A DNA stretch of 64,000 nucleotides from assembly GCA_048128005.1 (NCBI GenBank), contig JBEUKZ010000062.1, positions 186,001-250,000 of the forward strand, written 5' to 3'. The position numbers were made by a program, and so were the translations under genes. Below the pieces are notes generated by a model that worked only from the letters and a program-made list of their open reading frames with translations, was not told the DNA's origin and did no database searches. The number at the start of each line of letters is the position of its first letter. The stretch's first letter is position 1. The stretch is from Veleropilina oligotropha. Taxonomy: Eukaryota. Below are positions 1 to 11,400 of this stretch, in pieces.

Positions 1-1194
1 TCTATTTTCCGCCCTTTCTTTTTGAAAACTGATATAGCCATCGTATACTTTTTGTAACACGACTGGTGACATGTATAACATTCGTCAAAGGCCATAGGGA
101 TGCCCCCACCTTGTGGTTCATGGCTGTTGGCTCCGCTTAGCCGCTCTCTCGCATTCTTGGCTTCAAGGAGACGGTCATACTTTTCTCTTGTCAATGGCAA
201 CAAGTTATCTTCATCCGTTCCAATTCCTTGATAATGCACTACACATTTCACACTCATTATAAATTCAGAAAATAATTATTCCAACTCGACAGTCAATATA
301 AGAATGAGGCTATATATCGGGGAGCTTGACTTCACAATAATATGAAATTACTCTATCGAATATCACATTGAAAAGCCATCTAGGAATGAACGGTGATTTT
401 GAAGGTAGTAGGACTAAGACAGTGAGTTTACTTGAAAACTTAAACTCATGATAAGAATATACGTCATCACCGAATTATCACAGGCTCTTAAATACACCAA
501 CATGGGCTTGCATGTCTTCAATACCATAATCTGGACAATTTTCGTATTATCGCACACATTATTATATATGGCTGCATAAATTTACCGAAACAGAAAATAT
601 GTATCGTTAATCATACGCAACGGAAGTCGTGTCATCCTTGTCCAGATCGATTTTCCGCATCTTTCTGGTCGAAAGCTATTCATACCGATGATCGCTTTCA
701 CGCATGTTTCTAGTTTGCGTCTATTGGCTGTGACTTAAGGTGCTCATTTAATTATAAATATATAAACATTTTATGCATGCTTGTTACCAGGTAGCTCCTG
801 AATTACAATATTAAAACCCATCAGTCACGAAAATTATGGACGCGCATACAGAAAACTAGTCTGAAGTCAGTGGATTCGACACTTATGACGTCACATGTTA
901 ATGTTATCGGATTATGACGTCATAGTTTAGGTTCCTAACGATTCTAGAGGATGTCTTACCCATCTTAGCACGATTATATTCAATTTATATGACAGACACA
1001 TATTAATTTTCTCATTTCGTTGATTTTACCTTTTGCCGACCCTTGGTGACCTTTGACCTCATTTAACTCCGAAACGGCCCCTGACCTGACTGATTACCTC
1101 CCAGATTCGAATTCCTGGGGAAAAATGCCTCTAGAAAAGTTAACTTAGATTTTGCCCCCACTCGGGTGGTAATGCCCCCCTTCTCCCTCTGGCC

Positions 1195-2053
1195 TATCAC
1201 GCCCCGTGGCAGGAGTTTGCCCCTCATTTGCAAGAGAGTTGTAGTAGTCATCAACAGCTGTTTGCACAAGCTCTTGCCGCAGACCACTGGTTCCTTCCTG
1301 TGGCAGTGCCGGAGGCACAATCCAGTCAGTGGAATCATCATCGTCGACGATATCATCAGGCTCGAATGTTAGGTTATCGAACTCCGCCGTTTGAATACAA
1401 CTAATTAACTAATCAAAGAGACATCCATCTAATATAATGGCCAGCCTATACGGACGCAAACTCGATTCATACCGAAGACTGCGAGAGCCCCTTGGGGTCA
1501 AGGGTATTCGCCAGTCGGTTACCATAACTAACAACCCATCAACTATTGGCGCCAACCAGCAGCTGGTGGTTAGGTTCCCTAATCTCGGGGCCCATGACGT
1601 TATCGTGCCAGGGACTGCACACTTGGCATTTACAATCTCTCTCAAGTCGTCTAACCAGAACAGTAGTTCAGAACCTTGGTCGCGCCGTGATCAAGACGAC
1701 CACAATCAAGATTAGTGGAAACGAGGTTATGTCTGTCGACGACTCCGACAACGCTCAATCCTACAACGATCTCTGGAAGACATCACAGGAGCGTAAGAAC
1801 GCCCAATACCAAGGAATTGATACCAGCGAAGGAAAAAATACTACCAAGCATCGTGTCGCTGCGGCAGACGCATTCAGAGTGTCTGAAGATATGGAAATAT
1901 CTTCCACCTATGGTAATAGATTCCGCATCCCGCTCAACATTGAGTTGGTGGGGAGTCACATGCCATTTTACGAGAGTGCTCTTGGGGAAAGGATTGAGTA
2001 CGAACTCACGTTTAATGACTATTCTAGGACTATAAAGGCCAGGGATGACCCCG
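1195..2053 (+). pseudogene. Fragment of a second, diverged copy of the Polinton-like virus: 5' half of the major capsid gene (1437-2053, frameshifted) plus the 5' part of the divergent neighbouring gene (~1390-1195, minus strand)
   Basis: MASLYGRKLDSYRRLREPLGVKGIRQSVTITNNPSTI... and ...ELVGSHMPFYESALGERIEYELTFNDYSRTIK align with the 16403-17707 ORF. 1195-1390 matches 17738-17940 in reverse complement. Frameshift near 1655. Confidence 0.92.
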
Positions 2054-2890
2054 GTGTAGCGATTTCAAACTACCCACTCTAATTGCTACCCCCCGGTAAC
2101 TTGATATCGGTTTCAGGCTACCGCCGGGGTAAACTTGAAATCGATTTCAAACTACTCCCTCTGATTTCAAATTACCCCCACTTGTTAATGACCAACTGTG
2201 TATTTGATATGGTGTATTTATTTAATAATATACATGTATTTAAACGCAACTAAACTAGAATACTATTTTTTTTCTTCATCTTATATTGCTGTTTTGTACA
2301 ATATGTAAAAATTATGAAATAATTGTAAAATCAAAGAAATAAGAAAAACTCGCATTTTCTACACAAGAACATTTATTGTGATATTACATGAAAACACGAG
2401 TTTGTCAACAGGGGTTTGGGTGCTCTTTCGGTACATCCCCACAGATTTCGATTTATACATATTTAAGGAGCTCCGGCTTGTATTCGTCTTAAATTTTCAC
2501 ACTCTGCGTATTATCTGCTACTGAAGGCAAATGCAGTTTGCGATAAGATACACGTGATGGGTACGTAGTTGTAATGGCTTTACAAACGTATATACACCGG
2601 ACCGCCCCTTGAGCCTGGACTGACCGAGGTTCACCTGTTGCTAGTCCCCATGGATTTAACATTAACGACGCGTCCAAAGTCGGAGATGAAAAACCGGATT
2701 TCCAAAGTTGAGTAAAAGCCGGAGCTGTGGGGAAGTACCGAAAAAGCGTTAAAATGCATTATTAAGCTGGCCAACGGCTTGGCGCATCGGTCGGATTATC
2801 ATGAGAAGAAACATAAGAATTAATACACCATATCAAATACACAGTTGGTCATAAACAAGTGGGGGTAATTTGAAATCAGAGGGGGTAAAC
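2054..2890. mobile_element. Non-autonomous fold-back/MITE-like element that truncates the capsid fragment
   Basis: 2155-2218 (CTGATTTCAAATTACCCCCACTTGTT...GGTGTATT) is an inverted repeat of 2822-2886. A further inner inverted pair lies at ~2420-2480 and ~2715-2750. Confidence 0.65.
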
Positions 2891-4055
2891 TCTTGGCTGA
2901 GAAGTCCTTCTTCCATCAACACTGTCATAATGTACACCTTGTGTTGGCAACGATGGCTCGTGTAGGGACATGCCTGATGAAAAGTCGTCCGTCTGTCTGT
3001 CTGTGTGTTCTACATTGAAAAGTTATAATCCGATTTGAATCAAAATCGGTATAGATGTTAGTTAAGATGAGCTCAGGCCGCCTACCGATTTTCATCATTT
3101 TAGGATTGTGGGGGAGGGTTAGTGGGTATGTAAGTGTGTGGGGGGGGGGGGGGAGGGATAAATTGGCATATGTTGGCAACGTGGTGTGGGGGCAAATTGA
3201 TGTGGGGGCGAAGTGGTTTGGGGGAAAAGGGGTGTGGTGATCAAAGTGGTCGTGGGGGGTCAAAGTGGGCCGGCGGATCCAAGTGGAAGTCAAAGTGGGC
3301 ATGGGGGTCAAAGTAGGGGTGGGGGTCAAGGTGGTTGTCAAGGTGGTGGTGAGGTCTATTTGGAGGTGGGGGTCAAAGTTGGGGTTGGGTCAAAGTGGGG
3401 TGGGGGTCAAAGTGGGGGTGGGTGTCAAATTGGGGCTGGGGATCAAATTGGGGTGGGACAATGTGGGGGTGGGGGTCAAAGTGGGGGTACAGTTCAAAGT
3501 GGGGTGGGTCAAAGTGGGGGTGGGGGTCAAAGTGGGGGTGGGCTTAAAGTGGGTGTGAGTGGCGAGGTGGGGATGAGGTCAAAGGGACATGGAGGTCAAA
3601 GTGCTCGTGGGGGTCAAAGTGGGGGTCAAAATGGAGGTGATGGTCAAATGGAGGTGGGGGTCAAAGTGGAATGGGAGTCAAATTGGGGTGGTGGTTAAAG
3701 TGGGGATGTGGGGTCAAAGTGGGGGGAGGGTCGAGAAATGGGGGATTTCAGCTAGTATGTTTTGTGAGACTGACATTTTACCTTGTATGACCCAGATAAC
3801 CAAAAATGGAATAATTAACGACAATTGGTAAACAATAGCCTATGGACATTTAGAACATATTAAGTAGTCTTTCTACGGTGACCTTGACCTTTGACCTTGG
3901 ATGACCTATATAGTCGAAAATGACCTAATAAGCAGACATGCGCCAAATTGAGGTATACAATATTGCAAATGCGAGGGTCATTCAAACGTGACCATAACCT
4001 GTTACTTATGAATTAGGTTTAAACAGAAGCTGTATAACTGTTGCGGTTCTAGTTA
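2889..4055. repeat. Dispersed repeat, copy 1, with an internal G-rich degenerate minisatellite (GGGGGTCAAAGTGGGG-like, ~3150-3745)
   Basis: The flanks 2889-3240 and 3740-4055 recur at 5093-5400 and 6735-7055. The Gly/Val-rich ORFs here are products of the repeat. Confidence 0.8.
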
Positions 4056-4665
4056 TTATGGAATTTTGGAACTCAAATCTGTATAATAAGATAATGACAT
4101 GGTGTTTATTTTCGTGGCAGTACAGCGTCCAAGATGGCCGCCGGAGGAATTTGAAGTTTTTATTGTTGTCAAATCCAAATAAATTGTATAATTTCGTAAT
4201 GCAAAATGTAATTCTGATGAAATTGTAATGGTATCAGCAAAAAAAATGTGAAAATTAAAAGCATTTGAGAATCAATCGAAATATTTGTAACAAAGGGCCG
4301 TAAATCGGTAACCACTGACACCAGGCATCTCAAATTTTAACAGGTGACAGAGTGGGACATTATCAACAAATTTATCACGTTATGTTTGATGTCAGTGAAA
4401 GTCTATAGCGATAAGTTTGACTCCAAAGAATAAATATTTGTTTACATAACATAGAATCATATAAGTTACACGGATAAGCAGGCGTATAGTAATCTACAAG
4501 TCCTGAAAATTTCATGCAGGTCCAAGCAGTATTTATCGATTTATTGCGAGTTAAGTTTCGTCAACCTCGGATAATTTAGCAGAATTTGATCTATGGACAA
4601 CGTTATAAATACGTTCAACTAACTCGAAGTTGTGCAGTCGAAGCATATCAAATTTGCGATTAAAG

Positions 4666-4699
<34 letters not shown>

Positions 4700-5092
4700 A
4701 AATTAAATAACTTAAGGTTGAATTGTTATTTTGATTTATATGTATACATATGTTTCTCCTTCGATGTAAGATCGCCGTTGCAATGTACGATTTAAGACAG
4801 TGTAATCTGTAATGTAAAATGATAATTTGTTGAGTCTGTTGATTTCCTGCTCTTCAAAGGCTGAGGGCTGATTCAGTTCGACATCAAAGCATAGCGACAA
4901 TGCTACCGTTTTATGCATATTTTGCATGATTAAGGCTCATCATAACAGTGTCGCACCAGGTGTAAGAAGTACTCCTTGCATAAGACTGTTACTGGCGTTT
5001 GGTATAGGAACTGAGCTGCTAAAACGGAATTGAAGTGGATGCGGCACTAAAAGTCCATCGCACTAATCACCACCAACGGTATGCATGGCGTA

Positions 5093-7055
5093 ACTCTTGG
5101 CTGAGAAGTGCTTCTTGCATCAACACTGTCATAATGTACAGCTTGTTTTGGCAACGATGGCTCGTGTAGGGACATGCCTGCTGAAAAGTCGTCCGTCTGT
5201 GTGTTCTACTTTGAAAAGTTATAATCCGATTTGAATCAAAATCGGTATAGAAGTTAGTTAAGATGACCTCAGGCCGCCTAACGATTTTCATCATTTTAGG
5301 ATTGTGGGGGGGAGGGTTAGTGGGTTTGTAAGAGGGGGGGGGGATAAATTGGCATATGTTGGCAAAGTGATGTGGGGGCAAAGTGATGTGGGGGGATAAG
5401 TCAGGCGCGGATCCAGGAATTTCGCTTAGGGGGGGTGCTGAATATACAATCAACTGTTCGCGTGGGGGCGGGGCCCCACGCGAAAGAAAATTTTGATTAT
5501 CAACAGCCTGAAACCCCCTCTCCTGCACTCTGACAGGGCAAAATCGATATTTCAATATAACTTTTTATGAACCACAGTCACTCAAATAGCACGAGTCAAA
5601 TTTGTATTTTATTTTGTCATAATCGAATTGTCGGCGCTCCACGCACAAGAAAATTTTGATAATTAACGATGTGAAATCCCCCCTCCTGCATTATCACATT
5701 GCAACAGCCTATTTATAATGTTCGGAATGTCATTTGTATCAGATTATACATATTATTTAAGTATTCTTGGCCAACTTTAGGGGGGGGGCGCCGGGTGCGC
5801 CCCCCCCTGGATCCGCGCCTGGAAGTGCTTTTGGGGAAAATGGCTGTGGGGATCAAAGTGGTCGTGGGGGGGGGTCAAAGTGGGCGGGAGGATAAAAGTG
5901 AAAGTCAAAGTGGGCATGGGGTCAACGTAGGGGTGGGAGTCAAAGTGGTGGTGAGGTCAAAGTTGAGGTGGGGGTCAAAGTGGGGTGGGGGTCAAGTTGG
6001 GGGTGGGGGTAAAAATGGGGGTGGGGATAAAGTGTGGGTGGGGGTGAAAGTTGGGGTGCGTGTCAAAGTAAGCGTGAGGTTCAAAGTGGGTGTGGGGTCA
6101 AAAGTGGAGGTGGGTTAAAGCGTGGGTGGGTTGTAAAAGTGGGGTGGGGTCAAAGTGGAGACAAAGTGAGGGTGAGGGTTAAAGTGGGGGTGGGGTCAAA
6201 GTGGGGTTGGGTCAAATTGGGGGTGGGGCAAAGTGGAGGTGGGGGTAAAAGTGTGGGTGAGGGTCAAAGACGGGTGGGATCAAAGGCGGGGTGGGGTTCA
6301 AGTGGAGGTGGGTTCAAAATGGGGGTGGGGGTAAAAGGGGGTTGTGGGTGAAAGTGGGGGTGGGTTCAATGTGGGTGTGAGGGTCAAAGTGGGGTTGGGT
6401 GTCAAAGTGTGGAGGGTCAAAGTGGGGGTGGGATTAAAGAGCGGGGTAAAAGTCATGGTGGGGTTTAAAGTGGAGGTGGGTCAAAATGGGGGTGGGTTAA
6501 AAGTGGGGGTGGATTCAAGGGTGGGGTCAAAGTGGGAGTGGAGGTCAAAGTGGGAGTGGTGGTCAAATTGTGGGTAAGGGTCAAAGTGGGGGTGGAGGGC
6601 AAAGTGGGTGTGGGTCTTAGTGGAGTTGGGGTCAAATTGGGGGTCAAAGTGGGCGTGAGGTGTAAAAGTGGGCGTGGTGGGCAAAGTGGGGGGGGGCAAG
6701 GGATGATAAATAGGGGGGGAAGTGGGTCAATAAATGGGGGATTTCAGCTAGTATGTTTATAATGAGACTTTGGCATTTGACCTTGGATGATCTTTATAAC
6801 CCAAAATGGCATAGTTAACGACAATTGGTAAACAATAGCATATGGACATTTATGACATATTAAGTACGCTTACGAAGTTGACATTGACCTTTGACCTTGA
6901 ATGACGTAGATAGTCTAAAATGACCTAATAATCAGAAATGCGCCAAAATGATGTATACAATTTTGCAAAGTCGAGGGCATTCAAACGTGGCCATTACCTG
7001 TTAGTTACGAATTTGTTGACAACGGAAGCTGTATTATGTTTGCAGTTCTAGTTAA
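5093..7055. repeat. Dispersed repeat, copy 2, with a longer G-rich minisatellite (~5830-6745) and a nested MITE
   Basis: Direct similarity to 2889-4055. Confidence 0.8.
5402..5821. mobile_element. MITE with 16-bp TIRs CAGGCGCGGATCCAGG / CCTGGATCCGCGCCTG
   Basis: Perfect terminal inverted repeats. Absent from the paralogous copy at ~3205. No clean TSD. Confidence 0.8.
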
Positions 7056-7289
7056 TATTATTATTATTATGTAATACATTCCTTTTATGCTCCAATTCTA
7101 GTGTAGCTGTAAGCGCTGTCAAAACTAATATTATAGTATATAAAATATACAAGTGAAACATCAATAATACATACCATGAATACAATATTAAATAATAATA
7201 AACCTTTTTTGGAGCATTTTTTATTTCGAGACAAGACATAAATTAAAAAGGGGTCGATATTTATTTAAATTGTTTCTATCCAAATTGAT

Positions 7290-7629
7290 CATTTCTCCGA
7301 AACATTTGAAGTGGATAATGACATTTTAACAAGACACGATACATTTGGCAACAATTCACCAGAACATTCTTTCAGCAGCCATGATGGTAGAGGGTCAAGT
7401 CAGATGATGATGACCTCATTATGATATTTCATCATTCGTTGTAGGTTTAATTGTTGAGAGTTGAATGTCATCACGTTTAGAATCTAAAACTTCTTAAATT
7501 TCATCTACGGTTGATTCCATTTGCGATAGCAAATTGTGCTTTGTAATTTTATTATTTTATTATTATTAAAATAGTGGGATGTGATTCGCGTTGGTAATCA
7601 GTTGACAGCGAAGTAATCTTATTCAATTG
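7290..7629 (-). mobile_element. Degenerate L2/CR1-like LINE ORF2 fragment (left flank of the virus)
   Basis: The minus strand reads ...KPTTNDEI...DLDPLPSWLLKECSGELLPNVSCLVKMSLST, resembling the pre-RT region of L2/CR1 ORF2. It joins the fragment at 22914 onward. Confidence 0.7.
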
Positions 7630-7708
7630 GGGGGGGGGACTAGGGCGTTTTATCCAAGGGCTGGGGTGGGGGCCAGGGCGACCGGGGAGGCTCCCAGCGC
7701 CGTCCGAA
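7630..7708 (+). repeat. Left terminal inverted repeat (G9-ACTAGGGCGTTTTATCC...GGGGAGGCTCCCAGCGCCGTCCGAA)
   Basis: Reverse complement of 22837-22913, with mismatches in the middle part. Confidence 0.93.
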
Positions 7709-7892
7709 ACTGGAGTTGACAATAACTGTTATCTCCCGTCGATGACTAAGCTGACCTAGTTTTTTACCTGTCGTTATCAATTTCTAGCGCCGTCCGAAAC
7801 TGGAGTTGACAATAACTGTTATCTCCCGTCGATGACTAAGCTGACCTAGTTTTTTACCTGTCGTTATCTAATAGACATTGATAACGACAGGC
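7696..7892. repeat. Subterminal 83-bp direct repeat x2 (7696-7778, 7786-7868) followed by a 12-bp inverted copy (7881-7892)
   Basis: Identical repeats with a 90-bp period. CCTGTCGTTATC / GATAACGACAGG could form a hairpin. Confidence 0.9.
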
Positions 7893-7915
7893 GTATATTT
7901 GTAGCATACTCTATA

Positions 7916-8424
7916 TTAGAGACTGGCATAGTAGTGTCATGTCGCAATACAAGCATTGCGCGACTTAAACAATTTCCATTTAGAGACAGATATATTAGTG
8001 TCATAATCTATATTTAGAGACTTGTATACGCTATAACTATGCGGGGAACGAATATATGCCCTTGGTTGCCAGTTAATACTGTTGAGGTTTGTGGTCGTAG
8101 CTGCGTCAACGAATTTTGCAAGACACATAGACAGCAAATTCGGATGGGTAGAACATCACCCCTGCCATGTAGGGTATGTGGTGTCGGCACGAAATCAGCC
8201 GTTCTGTTGTGTAGACCATGCGGAGGTCATCGTGGCGCCCAGACACTCATAAACACTGCAAAAAGAGCTCGCCGTCTCTACGGCAAAGTATTGTGCGAGT
8301 TGCAGTCGCGCGACTGCAACAAATCCATTTAGAGACTGGCATATTAGTGTCATCTCACAATACTTTGTATTGTCCGATTCCATTTAGAGACTGGCATATT
8401 AGTGTCATCTCGCAATACTTTGTG
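7916..8424 (+). promoter_or_regulatory. Repeated TTAGAGACTGGCATATTAGTGTCAT-like motif (5 full or partial copies) upstream of the first two viral ORFs; candidate promoter or origin element
   Basis: Copies at ~7916, 7980, 8014, 8329 and 8384. The clusters end just before ATG 8039 and ATG 8425. Function is inferred from position only. Confidence 0.45.
8039..8332 (+). CDS. Small Cys/His-rich putative zinc-finger protein (97 aa)
   Basis: C...CGRSC...FCKTH and CRVC...CRPC motifs. ATG start, preceded by the repeated motif. Confidence 0.6.
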   Translation: MRGTNICPWLPVNTVEVCGRSCVNEFCKTHRQQIRMGRTSPLPCRVCGVGTKSAVLLCRPCGGHRGAQTLINTAKRARRLYGKVLCELQSRDCNKSI

Positions 8425-11400
8425 ATGCCTCTCCTCAGAGAACTACGTAATTTAGCGAAGGATTATGGGCTTCCCGGTAGGTCGAAGCTCAACAAAAACG
8501 ACCTCATCACGGCAATAGCCGGGGTCCGTGCTACCGAGTTCCAGAGGAGACTCGAGCGAGCGATGAAAACGGGAAGATTCCCCTCCATTCGTGGAGATGT
8601 AGAGAATCCCCACAAAAGAGGCCGTCGTGCTCGTGAATTGCGACAGTTCCAGGACGAGGTCGATGTGGCCCTAAGGGTCAGTAAATACACAACCCAAGCT
8701 GAGAAAAAGCCTGGGCTACGACAGAAGCCACTTCGTAACATCACGGATCGAAACGTCAAGCCACACCTGCACGGTCTGGTTAGGTCTCGGAAAGAGACCC
8801 TTGCCCAGGCAATTGCTCGGGAGGGGTCCGATATTCTGAGCGACCACTTAATCCCGGATGAATATTATTCACTTCTCGTTAACGGTGTCGCAGTCCTGTT
8901 CCCCGATGGGGCGTATATTAAGACGGGCGCCGACGTCATTCGTAAAGAAATTACCGAGGCTGTTGGTGGTCGTAGATTCGACTTCCAGGCTGTTGTACGG
9001 GGGCCGGACATCACAGACGAAGGCGCGGTATATTGGGTATCGTGCGAAAAGAGGGATCTTCGGGTGACGCTGGGCATGGCCTCGGAGGTGTTGGAGCTTC
9101 TAGACCCCGACACACAGTACAAGCTGTTCACGGTGGTAGGGAAATCGGCCAAGGAGCCTCTTGCCCCAGTGACAGAGGAAGTGGGTGTCTCTGAGCATCA
9201 CATTAAGGGGAAGGGGGTGGTTCGCGGAGACCAGGTCAGCGCCGGGGCTCTTCACGGCATCGACCAGGCGGCGTGGGAGAAGGGGCGAGAGTACCTCGTT
9301 TATGTTAGGTATGAGCTGCGTCCGCTTCCGGAGCAGCAAGGAGAACCGGGGCCAATGCTAGCCCCTCAAGAAGATGGAGAGTTTGTAAACTGCTTCGTTC
9401 GCTGTGTGGTGGAACACTTCCAGAACAAAATGACGAAAGCCTGAGATGGGTTAACAAGGAGCCGCAGACAAGTTCTTGAGCTGTTCGACCGAAAGCTTGC
9501 AGACACGGGCTGCACACGCGAGGATATGTTCTCCCTTGAAGCGGCTCTCGAAGTCAAGCTTGTTGCCGTCGACGCGTTAGGCAACACTCTATGGGACAGC
9601 GGTAAATACAAGAGCCATCCCAAGATTATGGTGCCGTGCCATAACAACCACGCATGGGAAAGCATCACGATTGATCCACCCAAGATCTTACAGGTTTGCA
9701 GTCTCGACGACATCGCAGAACAGGCCCTTAAGCCTGTGGTTCTGGGAAAGACGGGACGAAAAACCACTGCGGCCCAGAAGACCATGGACCAAAATACAAG
9801 AGAGGTTCTGATCTCATTTGCCGCCAGGGCCATCCCATCGACGGTCCGGGTCTGGGTATGTGGACAGGCTCTCGTGGGTAGCGATGGTTCCCTGTGGAGG
9901 TCGAGGGCCGAGGATATGGCTATTGACCGCGCTTTCGAGGACGAGACGAATTGGCATCCTTCCGAGATCCCCGAAGAACTTGAAAAGCTTGCAGAGGAAT
10001 ACCACAGAGCGACCCACTCCATGGGTGGCGCCATGTCTTACCGGTTCCAAAAGTGGTTGGCCCGCGAGGAGATCAAGCCAACGCCCGAAAAACACCGGGA
10101 CACCTGGAGAGCGGCTCAGGTTGAGGCCAAGGTTTGGAATTCTAACGACTCAGCCGCAGGCACAAGTGTTCATTATCATATCGACATGCGTGCAGCATAC
10201 CTTGGCTGTGAAGACTCCCTTAGTGGGGGGGGGGTGGATATGCCATAGATCTAGTGCGCCAGTATGGGTTCCCGACGAGTATGATGCGTCGAGCGAACGT
10301 CGAGGACGTGTCCATAAGAGATGTCCTGACCTTGACAGGAGCGGTGCAGCTCGCTGCGTGGCAATTCAGCCCCGAGACGCACCCCTATACGGTAGGTCGC
10401 GTAGGCGAGCACCTACGGGAGAAGCAGGGCTGGATCACTACCCCCGAGCTTGCAGACTTGATTGACTCTGGTGATCTGGTGGAGGTCACAGCGCGCGAGG
10501 TGGTATACAGCGTAGGCACGAAGGCCGCTATCAAATTCCCCGCTAGGGACCTGGCCGTGCGCTTCGTTGGCAAGTGTGCACGCCACGGTGATGAGTCGAG
10601 CATCCTAGTCCGCGATCCAAACGAGGCCGCCTACTTGGCCAATGTTCTCGGCGGCACTGACCGTCTCCTGAACTTCGAGAAGGCCGGCAATGTTCACCTC
10701 ATTCAGTACAAGGACGGAAGACGGCGGACGCAGTGGTTCCACATCCGAGCCTTCGTACTCGCCTACACGAACATCGCCCTCTGCCGCATGCTACGAAGGT
10801 TCCCACACGAGGATGTCCTTCGTGTCTGCACCGATGCCATATACGTCAAGAGCCTGCCCGAATCGGTCGAACATATGCTGGTCCCAGACCAGCCTAGCTA
10901 CGGTATGGGCAATGGCGACATAAATCCCCGGGTTACGAGTGGCGCCCAGAGGCTGCTGCTTGGACGATAGAGCATGCTGGTCGTCTCGACTTGCCCGCCG
11001 GGGGGAACGCCGCCCCTCCGTTCCCTTCCGATATCAGCGCGGCCACCTCGCGACGTTTATACCTCGCAGGTCAAGGCGGGAGTGGAAAAACCGAGTGGGC
11101 TGTTCAGACATTTCGTGGTCGGAAGCTGGTGGTGCTCACCCCCGAGAACGACCTCGCCGAAGAACACCGCAACAACCCGAGACTTGGTCTAGAGAATGCA
11201 CAAGTCCAGACGATCCACCACTACTTATGTCTACCCGTCGGCAAGCCGATCGATGATTGGGACCCGGCTGCCCTGGGACACCGACTCGATAACCTAGCCG
11301 AGGTTATCGTCATTGACGAGTGTTGCAAGGTCCCCACGAAGATCCTGATGACCGTCCTTGATTATCTCGCCCGTAGGACGTGTCAAATCATATGCGTCGG

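Noticed and set aside
2925..6762. Gly/Val-rich and Pro/Thr-rich ORFs
   Set aside because: They are translations of a degenerate G-rich minisatellite in several frames, with no splice or domain support.
7624..7629. 6-bp Polinton-type TSD (CAATTG vs CCATTG)
   Set aside because: It needs a mismatch and takes bases from the terminal C-run. The exact 4-bp ATTG is simpler and restores the flanking LINE frame.
8425..10970. Canonical active protein-primed DNA polymerase B
   Set aside because: Motif B lacks the conserved K and N/Y, DTD is CTD, and no exonuclease motifs were recognised. It is called degenerate instead.
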